This document shows positions 9,713 to 24,700 of a stretch of 64,000 nucleotides of DNA, in pieces (positions within the stretch are counted from its first letter, which is position 1; the number at the start of each line of letters is the position of its first letter). The position numbers and the translations under genes are program-made. The stretch spans positions 12,896,001 through 12,960,000 of the forward strand of contig OZ024756.1 of the NCBI GenBank assembly GCA_964016885.1. The letters are read 5' to 3'. Source of the stretch: Eledone cirrhosa (Eukaryota). The notes below the pieces were generated by a model. The model saw only the letters and a program-made list of their open reading frames with translations. It ran no database searches and had not been told where the DNA came from.

Positions 9713-12700
9713 GTAAGTGTATATATATCTTAATCCTTTTTAAAAAAGATGTTCTAGCTAATTTTCTCTAATTATGTTTTGTCCTCATAAATATTACAAA
9801 CATTTTAATTGATGTTAATTATTCCATTCATCAAAACCCAAGGAATAAGATTTAAAATGTTCAACACACACGTGTACACATTCCATTTACTCAAATTTAC
9901 TTTTTTCTCGAAGTACTGAAGTGACAGAACACCACCATTCTCAACTGCTACTGCTTATATACATAGGAATTGTATAAAATATTTTTTTTTTAATTTTTCG
10001 GAATTTTTTTGTGCGTTCGAAAAGATGAACTTGTTGAGGTTCAATTTGCAAGGGGGGTCAGCGGTGAAATAAAAAGGTGTATAAGGAATCAGTAGGCATT
10101 TTGATTGAAAACAAACATAGGATTTATTAAGACAAGCATAACCTATGCAGAATATGTGTGAATGTAACAAATTATGCGTGTGATAAAGATGGTGTGTTGT
10201 GATCTGAGAACGTACATCCACAAAGGTGTATGTGAGCAGGTCAGTGTAAAATAATTGTTTCTACTTTTGGCACAAGGCCAGCAATTATCCCAGTGCATTA
10301 CTGGCGCTTTATTTTATCGACCCCGTAAGGATGAAAGGCAAAGTTAACCTCGGCGGGATTTGAACTCAGATCATAAAAGGAGGTAACTCTATGCTTCAAA
10401 GCATGGCGTCCTACCCTTACCGATACTGCCAATCCACCACCCTCTCAGTGTAAAATAATGTTCAAATCCATGAGTATTGTAAATATTAATTTTCAGTTAC
10501 TCACGTTGAAGAAGTAAAAAATCCTTGCTTCGTACAAGAATAATTGTTTCTACATTTGGCACAAGCCAGCAATTATCCTGGTGCTTAATTTTATCGACTC
10601 CGTAAGGATGAAAGGTAAAGATAATCTCGGCGGTATTTGAACTCAGACCATAAAGGGCCGTGAGTTCAAATCCCGCCGAGGTTAATTTTGCCAAATATAT
10701 CCTGAAGCAGAGAGTAGCGGGCATTCTTGAAATTTCAAAGATGAATTCCGGTGCTGTAGCAGTTCCTCGTCATCTGCTGGAGATTGGCAGTGGTGTGGAT
10801 TGCGTTAAGCTCCATGCGCGACGGGGCATCAGCTGCTGAGTTGGCCGCACATTTAATGTGCCGAATGTCGGTTGTGTACTGGGAAATGAAGTCTAGATGC
10901 CGGACTTTCCTGGGTGAGTGACGAACAGGCTTGGCGTTAAATGCATACACTAGTGGTTTGTGGTCAGTATATATAGACAGCAAAATATGCTGCCAATAAT
11001 TCTCGACCGAATGTACTGTAGGCAGGTTTTAAACGCTTGGAGAAAAAGGACACAGGTTGCCAAATACTGTCAGTGAGTTGTTGAAGCACGCCACCAACTC
11101 TGGAATCGGGTGCATCAGCCAAAACACACATTGGGGCGTCAAGTTTGGGGTAATTCAGCATTGTAGCCTCGGATAACACCTTCAATTCAGCGAAAGCGGT
11201 ACGATCTTTTTTTGCTGAAATTGATGTTTGGTTTTTGCTTGTTCGCTGTCGCAGCAAATCCAGAGCGGTTGGGCTGTCCCTGCACAGTGAGGTATGAACC
11301 TTCTATAGAAGTTCACCAAGCCAAGAAATTCTCGCAGTTTGCGGAGAGATGTGGGTGGTGGAAAATACACGATGGATTTAACTTTCTCCTGAAGTGGACG
11401 AATGCCGTCTTTATCTATGATGTGTCCGAGAAAATGAAAGGACGCAACTCCGAACTCACACTTGCTGGGGTTGATGACGATAACATAATCTCGTAGACGT
11501 TGGAATAGCAGGTGCCTCTCATGTTCTTCATCGGAGCTACTGGCCACGAGTAAGTCATCGATGTGTGCATATACAAAAAGCAGACCTCTGCGAACTGTAT
11601 CGATGAAGCGTTGAAATGTCTGCGTTGCGTAAACCGAAAGGCATACATAGGAATTCATGGCGGCAATGATGAAGGGCAGAGACCGCTGGAGAGAACTCAT
11701 CCATGGATCTCGGGAATTTTACCTGCCCTAGATAGATACATAGTATATATTATATTACTTACTATATATAAATTAACGATTTTATTTATTATATATTATT
11801 TACAATTTGTGTGTAGGCAGGTCTCTCTGTAAATAGGGCTGGAGGGCGCTGAGGGTAATACTTGGCCGTGACGAGGCGGTGGTCCCAAAAGTTTGAAAAC
11901 CTTTGTTGTAAACCAAACAACGCATCCAATATAGTCGTTTTCTCTTTTACAAGTGTTCATTTATCATCTGTTTACTCGGGCGAGGCTGAATACCTCAGCT
12001 AGTTGTAAATAAAAGATCATTTTATTCTACAGATCGATACGATGTGATTTAATTGAAAATATTATTTAACTGTTCTCAATCGATGCTTAAACACAACATC
12101 CGGTTGCACATGCGCATAACGAAATATCAGTAACAGACGCTGAAAGACGTTTTGTAATAATTTCTGCTCTTATAAAACTTTTCATAAGTTTATAAAAGTG
12201 ACAAAAAGAATGCAGGATGAGAGAAAGAGGTGGTGAGAAAGAGTTTAGAAGAATTGGCTGATTATAAATAATCGTTTCTGGTTTAGGCACAAGGCCAACA
12301 ATTTCGAGGGAGGGGAAAGTCAATTAAATCGATCCAGTGCATTATTCGTACTTTATTTTATTGACCTCAGCGGGATTTGAACTCTGAACGTAAAGGGATG
12401 TTACTCTGTTGCAAAGCATACAGTTACGGCCCTTTATGTTCTGATTATAAATAATGAATATCTCTGTGGATGTTTGCCTTGTCCCAGCGGAGGATAGCGG
12501 CGAAGATGTGTTGACAGAGTCAATAGCCATCTCCTTCTCAATCGTAGTAAGTAAATGGGAAGATGGTTTAGAGCAGACATGTCAAACATGCGGCCCTTTA
12601 CAAGCACACCTAGGTCCGCACAAAGGTTTTTACAGCGCGAGCATGTTTTATCTACATAATATAAAATTTAAAAAATTAGTTGTAATGTGCGCAATTAGTT

Positions 12701-15700
12701 GTCGTGTGTGGCCGTCAGACAACAGATATGTGACCCATGTGGTCCTTGGAGGATCCTCAGTTTGACATGCTTGGTTTAGAGACCCAGAACTTCAGGTGTG
12801 TTCCACGATAAAAACTATCTGAGAGCGGTCGATATTTTGACAGTTTTGTCGGGCAACAGAGGCTGAGGTTTGAAGCTAAATTCACCAGTTCGCATCCCAA
12901 ATGAGGAGGGGCTTACCACGATGGAATGGGAGGGAGGAAATTGTGGGGGACCATCCAGCCTTTCATGTTCCGTTTCATCGAACCACACCTGTTCCAGCTG
13001 CGTTTAAGTCACACTTGACCTCACCTTATTAAAAGTGGGAGGTGGTCGGCGGTTATTTCAAAGTTTAAACTCGGCGTTTGTATGACGGTTGGAGTTGAGA
13101 GAGATAGAATATTGTGATATAAAGAGAAAAGAGGGAAGGAAAGATTTGAATCGATAGAAAGAAAAATACACGGAGAAGGAGAAACAGATATAGACTGATC
13201 GTAAGATAGTAAACTGACTAATAAGACTGGCAACCGGCAAAGGTAGATTAATATATAGACCGATAAATGAAATGACCAGACAGGTGATAGACAATAGTAT
13301 AAATTGACAGATCAGACAGAGTGAAGTGACTAACCTGTGTGTATGTGTGTGAACAATATCGATTTTTCCGATGATTGAACTTCTACAGAAAATATGTCTT
13401 AAAAAGATACAAGAATGGGAACTACTGAGAAAGAGAGAGATCGATACTCAAGAAAACTATAGTAGTTTGCTTAAACAACAGAAACTGTTTAAAGACTAAT
13501 GGAGATTGGTAAATATATTGATTATTATTATTATTATGATGATGATGAGGGCGAAGCCCTGATTAACTTCTTCAGATTCCACTTGAGGAGGGAAATCAGG
13601 GTAGAGAGAGAAGTGCTGCCTTCAAAGCAATTTGTTGAAAGGTGGGTGAGAGAGGCGAGCATGGCTCAAGTAAATGGGCCCACTCTGAGTGTGAACCTGT
13701 AGATTGGAGGAGTACAACTGGGACAGGGCACTTACCCTAAAGATCAGGGTATCTGTGGTTTTATGGTGTTTTTTCCACGAATGACTCTCAAACGTCTCCT
13801 CCCTATTGAATTCTATTGTTATTTTTTTAACATTGTTAAAATTTGTTTACACGCAAAACCCATATATACACATACACACGATCTATGTTTCCATCCTGTA
13901 CTGTTATAATCTTTTTCTTATGCTGATGAAAATAGCAATGGGGTGGGGATATCTTTCTGTTACCCCTCACCCCACACACACAAAATAATACACATCAAAT
14001 ATATGCTGCCTCCTAGCTATCAGCCCTGATTGAACACATCTGTCATTATATCTCTCTCGTATTTCTGATATTGTGCAAAAGAAGAAGGTGAGATTTATGG
14101 AAATCCAAAGATGTCTGAAGCTCTCACATATCCCAATGTTATAACCAAAGACTCTGGTATTGATGTTTGGCAGAGGCATAACTAGGGCAAATAGTGCCTA
14201 TGGCAAGCAGTGAAATTGCATCCCTGCCCAGCACTGTATTTTTACCTATGGGTCTAGTAATTTATATAAATGGTTTAATGATCCAGCCACCATAGTGTTT
14301 CTCACCCATGATAATCAGACAGATCGTACATCTGAAGGAGTTTCTTTGATCGTACATCTGAAGGAGTTTCTTTTATCACTCTCCAATGAGGCTTATTTGA
14401 CTATAATAGAACGTGCTCCTAGTCCAAGTGACTCCATGGCACGTGCCATACTCTAGTTATGCCTCTGATGTTTGGGATCCAGGTAATGTAATGAATGACA
14501 GCCCTACATGAAGATCTGTCATTGAGTATATTTTGGATGATGATATATCTGCTTGTCTCTTTTTATCCCTCTTGCTTCAAGTGTTGTGAAATATGCAGAA
14601 GTTTCTAGAAAGTTGTCTCTCTTTGCAGATTTGCTTTCATCGAGGTTGGCAAGCAAGACTGTTCCCCAGTTGCAGATTTTGTCGCTGTAAGTAGACTAAC
14701 TTCATCATCATTATTTCATTTTACATCCATTGTTCCATGCTTGCATGGGTTGGACACATCCTCAGTACAGCAGCTCTCCACTTGTCATCTCCACTGTAAG
14801 CTTCAGTGATCTGAGATCAGCTCTCACCACTTCCATCCAGGTCTTCCTCTATTGCGGCTTGTTTCCACTGGGATTACTTGCCACTTCTTCGCCCAGCAAT
14901 CATCGTCCATCTACATCATCGTCCATCTACCAATGCAGTCTCCTCTTCTATACACTATATTTGATTCATTTTATACCCAGTTCCCCCTCAGCTCATCCAT
15001 ACTTTGTCATTCTCACCCATTAATATTGCACATCCATTAAAGCATGCTTGCCTCATTCTTTCCAACCTCACATAGCACTTTGCACACAGGCATCATACAA
15101 TCGACCTTTTGTTCATAGGGAGAAACATTTTGTTAGCAGGGGTAGCAGTTCCTTAAACTTTTTCCATCCTGTCCTTATTCTAGCTATTATGTTCTCCAAG
15201 CACCCTCCTCCACTTCTAATTATATCACCTAGAAAGCAGAAACTGTCTACCACTTCTATGGATCCTTCCTGGAATAGGAAAAAGTTATATCATTCATTTT
15301 ATTATTGGCACTCTTACTTTCAATTGACGCTTAACGTCTACTACATAACAAAGTTTTCCTTTCCTGTTAGTCTGCCTACTATCCCACAACACCTACAACA
15401 TATAGAGTTTATGCATACTGCTTTTCTACATATCAAGCAAGGTCACTTCCCTGGTGAGATTGGTGCCATATCTTCTTTCTTACTTATTAACATTTTTGTT
15501 TTTGCTAAATTTACCCTAAGCCCTTTTGATTCTATGTACTGTTTCCACAGCCAGAATTTATTCTCTAGTTCTTCCACAAATAAATTCAGCTATGAAGACC
15601 AGATCATCGACATACAGAAGTCCCCATGGGCAACCAGTTTTAAACTGTTATGGCCTGGAGTACTAGGATAAACAGGAGTGGGCTAAGAACTGAACCCTGC

Positions 15701-18700
15701 TGCACTCCTACCTGTACTTTGAATTCCTTGCTAAACTCACTTCCTATTCTCACTTTACTTATAACTTCTCTCTACATAGCATACACTTCTCTTATAAACC
15801 ACTCTTCTACACCTAGTTTCCTTATATGTGTGTGTGTGTGTGTGCAGAAGTTAGTTCCACAACGGTTAATAAACCATTTTCGAGGACGTGTGTTTCACTC
15901 GATTGAATGGGTTATAACTGACTTCTACCAACTCATCCCATGGACTGGGTATTCTACTACTACGGATATAACCTCCTAGTGTTCTACCACACACTATATA
16001 TATATATATATATGTGTATATATTTAAGCTGATTGACTTAAATATTTCCCTTTATAATTTCAGATTTACCCTGAATTCTTCTCAACATTTCAAGAATGTT
16101 CTGTATCGAAGTTTTTCTTGGATCTACAGTAATTCTGTCTGCAGTTTGAGTTACAAGGTTTTGACCAAAGATATCCAGCTTGACCCAGAATTCAGCAAAG
16201 GAATACTGGAATTATATAAATCTAAAGTGAATCCACTCTCTTGTTCTCCTTCTCAATATTCATCTCTCTTCATTGTAGATGTGAGTCAAGAAGGTAGACT
16301 AAGTTATATTCCAACAGCTAATTCTTCTTCTTCTAACATCAGCAATAGCCTGTCTCCAGATTATAGCCAAATGACCTCTGACAAAGAATCTCTCTTACCA
16401 TTTACCAATAGTTCTGATTCCATGGAACAGGATGTGACATCTGTCAAAAGCAATTTGTTCTCAAAATCCGGTTATTGTGAAGAAAATGAAAATATACATA
16501 AGACTAAAAGACACCACCGATGTTCTCGAGATCTGAAGTACAGCCATAGACATTATTCCAGCCAAATGTCACAGAGTTGTAAGAAAATGGCTGGCAGTAG
16601 TTATAAAAGGAGAAGGCACCATTCTTATTCTACAAGTTCTAGTTTCAACACAAAAGGTAGAACCAGCTATGAAGTCAATCCCAATCAGACTAGTAAGCTT
16701 GTTTCCCCAAATTGCAACAGACCACCACTGTTTTTGTCACCGGTTAGGTCGGTGAAGGGCACACCCACAGAATCTGTGATCTCTCCACAAATTCCACTGA
16801 ACCATTTGACATCAACACCTCTATCTGTAAAGAGTTCTACAGGAAATCGAACATCATATGGCAGCGGTAGACACTGGAAGTCTGAAAACTATTTACCACA
16901 TCCGAAAATGGAGAGAATGTCCAAATCTTTGTTAGGGACACCACAACACTACAAACGGAAGAAACATACTCATAAAAGACTCTCTAATGCTTTCAACTTG
17001 TCTAGATCCTTGGTAGAGGACCGCCTCAGTATGTGTAACAGTAGTAGTAGTATTATTAGTAGTAGTAGTAGTTGTTGTTGTTGTGGTGGTAGTAGTAGTA
17101 ATAATAGTAGTATTTGTAGCAGCAGCAGTATTCCAAAAAGCAGTAAAAACTGGAAGGAAATGTTTATGAAAAAATGTTCCACCCTGAGTAATCATTTTAT
17201 AGACTCCCATTGTCATGTTGACTTTCTCTTCAACCGGCTGCCATTTAAAGGGTCTTTTACAAAATATCGCCAGGACAATGCTGACACCTTTCCCACCAAC
17301 TATGCAGGATGTATAGCTGTGTTCTGTGAACCAAAAAGCTTCATCCCAGATGGTAACATGTATATCTTTCGCTGTTGTTCTTTTAATGTCTTTCATTGTC
17401 ACCATTATTGTTATTCTTCTTGCTGTTGTTTTGTCATTGTTGTTTTAGCCCTTTAGCATTTAAACTGGCCATATCCGGCCAGAATTCTCTCACTTCTTTC
17501 TGTTCAAACCGGTCATAACCGGCGACTCATACAGACGTTAAGGTATTGTTCTCAAAATAAATAATATCAAAATCTCATAGATTCGATATTATGTAAGGTA
17601 AAGCCATTACTGTGAAGATATAATAGTAAATATAGAGCAATGTAAATGTTAAAGGGTTAATGTTTATCTTTCATTGTCATCATTATTGTTGTTGTTCTAC
17701 TTCTTGCAGACCTGTCAACTCTCCCCTTCGGACGGAGAAATCCCTCACCCACTTTGGGGTGGGTGGGAGATATTTTCTCTTGTGAAAATGGGTATAGCTT
17801 TCATTATGTAAAATCTCGCCATTTTGTCTCATTTCTCTCCATTTTGTCAGGTCTGTTCTTGCTGTTCTTTTAATGTTTATCTTTCATTGTCATCATCTTC
17901 CTTGTTGTTGTTATTGCTTTAATGTCTCTTTGTATATTTTGGCATGGAGTCTGACAGATCTGCACTACATCATGTCTTGTCTTGGGGTTTCTTGATCCTT
18001 CAAGATCCTCCCTTTGCAGCTATACCCCCCCCCCCCCCACTACATCTTACACACATCTCCTGCACTCATTTCTATTCTAATCCATACCATATCCATTACA
18101 TACTTATTATTGCACTCTACATTCACTATCATACACAAATAGACATCTAATAAACACCCCTTATCTACAGGTGTTGTGTTTACCTGACATTGTGGTATAT
18201 ACTTCAATATATAACTGCCATCGTACTCCTACAGGTGTGGTACATTCTTCAATATATACCTGCCATTACACTCCTACAGGTGTGGTACATACTTCAATAT
18301 ACACCTTCCATTGCACTCCTACAGGTGTGGTACATACTTCAATATATACCTGCCATCACACTCCTACAGGTGTGGTACATACTTCAATATACACCTGCCA
18401 TCTCACACCTACAGGTGTTGTGTTTACCTGACATTGTGGTATATACTTCACTAGCAGAAAAACCACCTGGAGGGCAGTTTTCTGCTAGCATGTGTAGTGT
18501 ACATATTGATTTATACACAAATGTATATATGCATATAGATATGATACATAAATTGAAAAGTAAATTGACAATATACACAGAAATTGAACAAAGACTGTGT
18601 TACAGTCTCATCTGTAATCAGTAAAGTAATCCATGATACATTTAAAAAAGACAGTAATAAATATAAACAGCATTACGGTGAAATGTTATGAAAATGAAAA

Positions 18701-21700
18701 AGGAAACAAATGAGATTAGTGATGGAAATATAAACGTTATGATATAATGGACGGTGACAGAAGTTGATATTTGAAAGTTTTAACAGAAGTGAATCTTGAA
18801 ATAAGCAATCATTATATGTAAGAATATTTGTTTAATCAAGAGCTACGAAATTTAGTAGATAAATTCCATAATATTCTTTCATTATTTATTCAAAGTAATC
18901 CAACTTATTTTAATAACGTGATGTAAAATAATAAACTGGACAATCGTTATATATTGATTACCTATTAACCTTCCTCGATTGATTGAAAATTTGTTGTTTT
19001 GCTTTTTACCTCCAAAGTTTAGTAACCTTGTATATACCTAGGTCAGAGATTGATATTATTTATTGTTAACCTACAGGTGGCTTGTGGAAAAGTCTAAATA
19101 ATGAGAGCGAGATGTGGTTTGCTATGGGCTGCCACCCTAAAAATGTTGAAAGCTTTGACAGTGCTGCTGAGAAGGGACTTCGAGAATGTGTAGAGCAGTC
19201 GAAAGTGGTTGCTGTTGGAGAAATTGGTCTAGATTATTCTGGAAGGTAAGAGAGTATTGAGACAAATCTTCATACTTGGTACCAGGAGGGGAGGGGTGAG
19301 ATTCTGTCTATCCCTTATTTTATTCAGCCATTCTTTCCTCTTCTTATTGTTATTAATCTTTAGCACACTAATAATTTTTCTGAGTTGTTTCCCTTGACAC
19401 TGCATTATCTATTAAAGGGAGATTACTCATATGGTGCATTTTGTCACCTGCAGCCTGCTGAAGGTTAATTTGCTAATGTGTCTCTATCTTGTCCTAGGGG
19501 GGACACCACTCCTTACTGTTAACTTATTGTGTCTCCATCTTATTGTCCTAGATTCTGGGAGACAGCTTCCCTCCAGAAGAAGGTGTTTATTCATCAGATC
19601 AAGCTGGCCCTTGCTGTACAGAAGCCCCTGGTGATTCACTGTAGGGAAGCACAGGATGACTGCCTATACATCCTTAAGAAGGTTAGTATCTTTTCTTAAC
19701 TGAAGGATCCACTCAACCCTTTGTTTGGCATGGTTTCTACAGCTGGATGCCCTTCCTAATGCCAACCACTTTACAGAGTGTACTGGAACCCTTATCATGG
19801 CATCCATGCATATATATATATATATTCAAGTAAGAAGTAGTATGATAGGGTTGTTTTTCTCCCGATTTCCTGCTCCTACATTTTTGTATCTTATCAAGTC
19901 TCTGAGGATACATGAGTGATGTGAAATTAAATGTTAAGGGGAATTAAATGATTTAATGCTCAGATAATAATATATAGTTATATTTCTATATACAGGTATC
20001 CAGAGATACCAGAGTGTTTTGTTTGTGGATGCAACCCCTGGAGGTGTACTAATGTACTAACCATTTCAGAAAAGCCCTAAGGAAGACCTACTTAAATATT
20101 AAAGTGGTAGAAATGCCAGGAACCTCCATAAAATCTCTGATCAGTAAAACTTACCCCTTTAACCCTTTAGTGTTCAAACCAGCCAAAACCGGCCAGAATT
20201 CTCTACCTCTTTCTGTTGAAACTGGCTGTAACTGGTCACTCAAACTGATGTTAAGGTATTGTTCTCAAAATAAATACTTTCAAAATCTCATAGATTTGAT
20301 ATTATGTGAGGTAAAGCTTTTACCATTAAAATATAATAGTATATATAAAATAATTGTTTCTACGTTAGGCACAAGGCCAGCAATTGCTCAGTGTATTACT
20401 GGTACTTTATTTTATCGACCCCGTAAGGATGAAAGGCAAAGTTAACCTTGGCGGGATTTGAACTCAGAATGGCAAGGGCTGTAACTCTATGCGTCAAAGC
20501 ATGGCGTCCGACCCTCTACCAATACTGCCAATCCACCGCCCATAGTATATATAAAATAATGTGAATACTAAAGGGTTAAGAAAATCTGCTTTACAAATAA
20601 GAAATGTGTAATATGTAAAGTAAGTCCACAAATAAATTGTAAAACTAGAAACGTAGTCTATGGCATATGATGTACAGAGGGTGTCTGCAGAAACATGACA
20701 ATGATGTACATAGGAGAGAGGGTAGACAAACACTGGAATGAACTAAAAGGACTAAAAGGACAAAAAGACAATTCAGTACTATATGAACATGCCAGACTAA
20801 GGCATGATGGTAAATAGACAACATAGAAATGACTCGACAATTAGACAAATTAAAGAGGCTACAGAAATAGAATTAAGAAAACCTAGGCTGAACAGAAAAC
20901 ATGAATGGAATAAGAACAACCATACAGAAACACACACTAGTGATCTAAGATAGAATATAAATATACACAGATGCAATAACAACACCCACATAAACGCACA
21001 CTAGTGACCAAAGGTAGAATATAAACACGTGTATGTATATATGCTATATTGATATAGTTGGGTTATATTATATGTAGATGGAATGGCTAATAAAATGAGT
21101 GTAAATATATGGATGTATATGTGTTTATATATATATATGTATGTATATCTGTTATGTGTATTGCTAGCATGGAAAGCTGACGTTAAAACAATAGTGATGA
21201 TGATGATGTGTGTGTAAGTCTGTATGTGTAGATATATAAATGTATGCATAATTATATGTGTATATAGGTATGTATATTTGTATATATGTGTAGACCTGTG
21301 GTATATGTTAAGGAGTATGAAAATATGGATTTTCTGTAAATACAGGTGAATATATTAACACACCCATGCCACGCTTTACTGCCGACTACTACTGTTAAGG
21401 ACCTCTCAGTGACTACACTGACTTACTACCTACTACTACTGTTAAGGACCTCTCAGTGACTACACTGACTTACTACCTACTACTACTGTTAAGGACCTCT
21501 CAGTGACTACACTGACTTACTACCTACTACTACTGTTAAGGTCCTCTCAGTGACTACACTGACTTACTACCTACTACTACTGTTAAGGACCTCTCAGTGA
21601 CTACACTGACTTACTACCTACTACTACTGTTAAGGACCTCTCAGTGACTACACTGACTTACTACCTACTACTACTGTTAAGGACCTCTCAGTGACTACAC

Positions 21701-24700
21701 TGACTTACTACCTACTACTACTGTTAAGGACCTCTCAGTGACTACACTGACTTACTACCTACTACTACTGTTAAGGACCTCTCAGTGAGTACACTGACTT
21801 ACTACCTACTACTACTGTTAAGGACCTCTCAGTGAGTACACTGACTTACTACCTACTACTAATGTTAAGGACCTCTCAGTGACTACACTGACTTACTACC
21901 GACTACTACTGTTAAGGACCTCTCAGTGACTACACTGACTTACTACCTACTACTACTGTTAAGGACCTCTCAGTGAGTACACTGACTTACTACCTACTAC
22001 TACTGTTAAGGACCTCTCAGTGAGTACACTGACTTACTACCTACTACTACTGTTAAGGACCTCTCAGTGAGTACACTGACTTACTACCTACTACTACTGT
22101 TAAGGACCTCTCAGTGACTACACTGACTTACTACCTACTACTACGACTGTTAAGGACCTCTCAGTGACTACACTGACTTACTACCAACTACTACTGTTAA
22201 GGACCTCTCAGTGACTACACTGACTTACTACCTACTACTACTGTTAAGGACCTCTCAGTGAGTACACTGACTTACTACCTACTACTACTGTTAAGGACCT
22301 CTCAGTGACTACACTGACTTACTACCTACTACTACGACTGTTAAGGACCTCTCAGTGACTACACTGACTTACTACCTACTACTACTGTTAAGGACCTCTC
22401 AGTGAGTACACTGACTTACTACCTACTACTACTGTTAAGGACCTCTCAGTGACTACACTGACTTACTACCTACTACTACGACTGTTAAGGACCTCTCAGT
22501 GACTACACTGACTTACTACCTACTACTACTGTTAAGGTCCTCTCAGTGACTACACTGACTTACTACCGACTACTACTGTTAAGGACCTCTCAGTGACTAC
22601 ACTGACTTACTACCGACTACTACTGTTAAGGTCCTCTCAGTGACTACACTGACTTACTACCTACTACTACTGTTAAGGACCTCTCAGTGAGTACACTGAC
22701 TTACTACCTACTACTACTGTTAAGGACCTCTCAGTGAGTACACTGACTTACTACCTACTACTACTGTTAAGGACCTCTCAGTGAGTACACTGACTTACTA
22801 CCTACTACTACTGTTAAGGACCTCTCAGTGACTACACTGACTTACTACCTACTACTACTGTTAAGGACCTCTCAGTGAGTACACTGACTTACTACCTACT
22901 ACTACTGTTAAGGACCTCTCAGTGACTACACTGACTTACTACCTACTACGACTGTTAAGGACCTCTCAGTGACTACACTGACTTACTACCTACTACTACT
23001 GTTAAGGACCTCTCAGTGAGTACACTGACTTACTACCTACTACTACTGTTAAGGACCTCTCAGTGACTACACTGACTTACTACCTACTACGACTGTTAAG
23101 GACCTCTCAGTGACTACACTGACTTACTACCTACTACTACTGTTAAGGACCTCTCAGTGACTACACTGACTTACTACTGTTAAGGACCTCTCAGTGACTA
23201 CACTGACTTACTACCGACTACTACAGTTAAGGACCTCTCAGTGACTACACTGACTTACTACCGACTACTACTGTTAAGGTCCTCTCAGTGACTACACTGA
23301 CTTACTACCTACTACTACTGTTAAGGACCTCTCAGTGACTACACTGACTTACTACCGACTACTACTGTTAAGGACCTCTGTGACTACACTGACTTACTAC
23401 CTACTACTACTGTTAAGGACCTCTCAGTGACTACACTGACTTACTACCGACTACTACTGTTAAGGACCTCTCAGTGACTACACTGACTTACTACTGACTT
23501 ACTACTGTTAAGGACCTCTCAGTGACTACACTGACTTACTACCTACTACTACTGTTAAGGACCTCTCAGTGACTACACTGACTTACTACTGACTTACTAC
23601 TGTTAAGGACCTCTCAGTGACTGCACTGACTTACTACCTACTACTACTGTTAAGGACCTCTCAGTGACTACACTGACTTACTACCTACTACTACTGTTAA
23701 GGACCTCTCAGTGACTACACTGACTTACTACCGACTACTACAGTTAAGGACCTCTCAGTGACTACACTGACTTACTACCGACTACTACTGTTAAGGTCCT
23801 CTCAGTGACTACACTGACTTACTACCTACTACTACTGTTAAGGACCTCTCAGTGACTACACTGACTTACTACCGACTACTACTGTTAAGGACCTCTGTGA
23901 CTACACTGACTTACTACCTACTACGACTGTTAAGGACCTCTCAGTGACTACACTGACTTACTACCGACTACTACTGTTAAGGACCTCTCAGTGACTACAC
24001 TGACTTACTACCGACTACTACTGTTAAGGACCTCTCAGTGACTACACTGACTTACTACCTACTACGACTGTTAAGGACCTCTCAGTGACTACACTGACTT
24101 ACTACCTACTACTACTGTTAAGGACCTCTCAGTGACTACACTGACTTACTACCGACTACGACTGTTAAGGACCTCTCAGTGACTACACTGACTTACTACC
24201 GACTACTACTGTTAAGGACCTCTCAGTGACTACACTGACTTACTACCTACTACTACTGTTAAGGACCTCTCAGTGACTACACTGACTTACTACCTACTAC
24301 GACTGTTAAGGACCTCTCAGTGACTACACTGACTTACTACCTACTACTACTGTTAAGGACCTCTCAGTGACTACACTGACTTACTACCTACTACTACTGT
24401 TAAGGACCTCTCAGTGACTACACTGACTTACTACTGTTAAGGACCTCTCAGTGACTGCACTGACTTACTACCGACTACTAATGTTAAGGACCTCTCAGTG
24501 ATTACACTGACTTACTACCGACTACTACTGTTAAGGACCTCTCAGTGACTACACTGACTTACTACCGACTACTAATGTTAAGGACCTCTCAGTGACTACA
24601 CTGACTTACTACCGACTACTAATGTTAAGGACCTCTCAGTGACTACACTGACTTACTACCGACTACTACTGTTAAGGACCTCTCAGTGACTACACTGACT

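Noticed and set aside
14017-14086. Possible extra TatD exon ending AAG|GTGAGA
   Set aside because: No convincing acceptor and no frame linking it to both neighbouring candidates; may be non-coding or chance.
16014-17456. 480-aa single-exon gene as given in the ORF track
   Set aside because: The GTG start lies in a (TA)n run and the tail reads through a donor; the real exon is 16064-17352 of a spliced gene.
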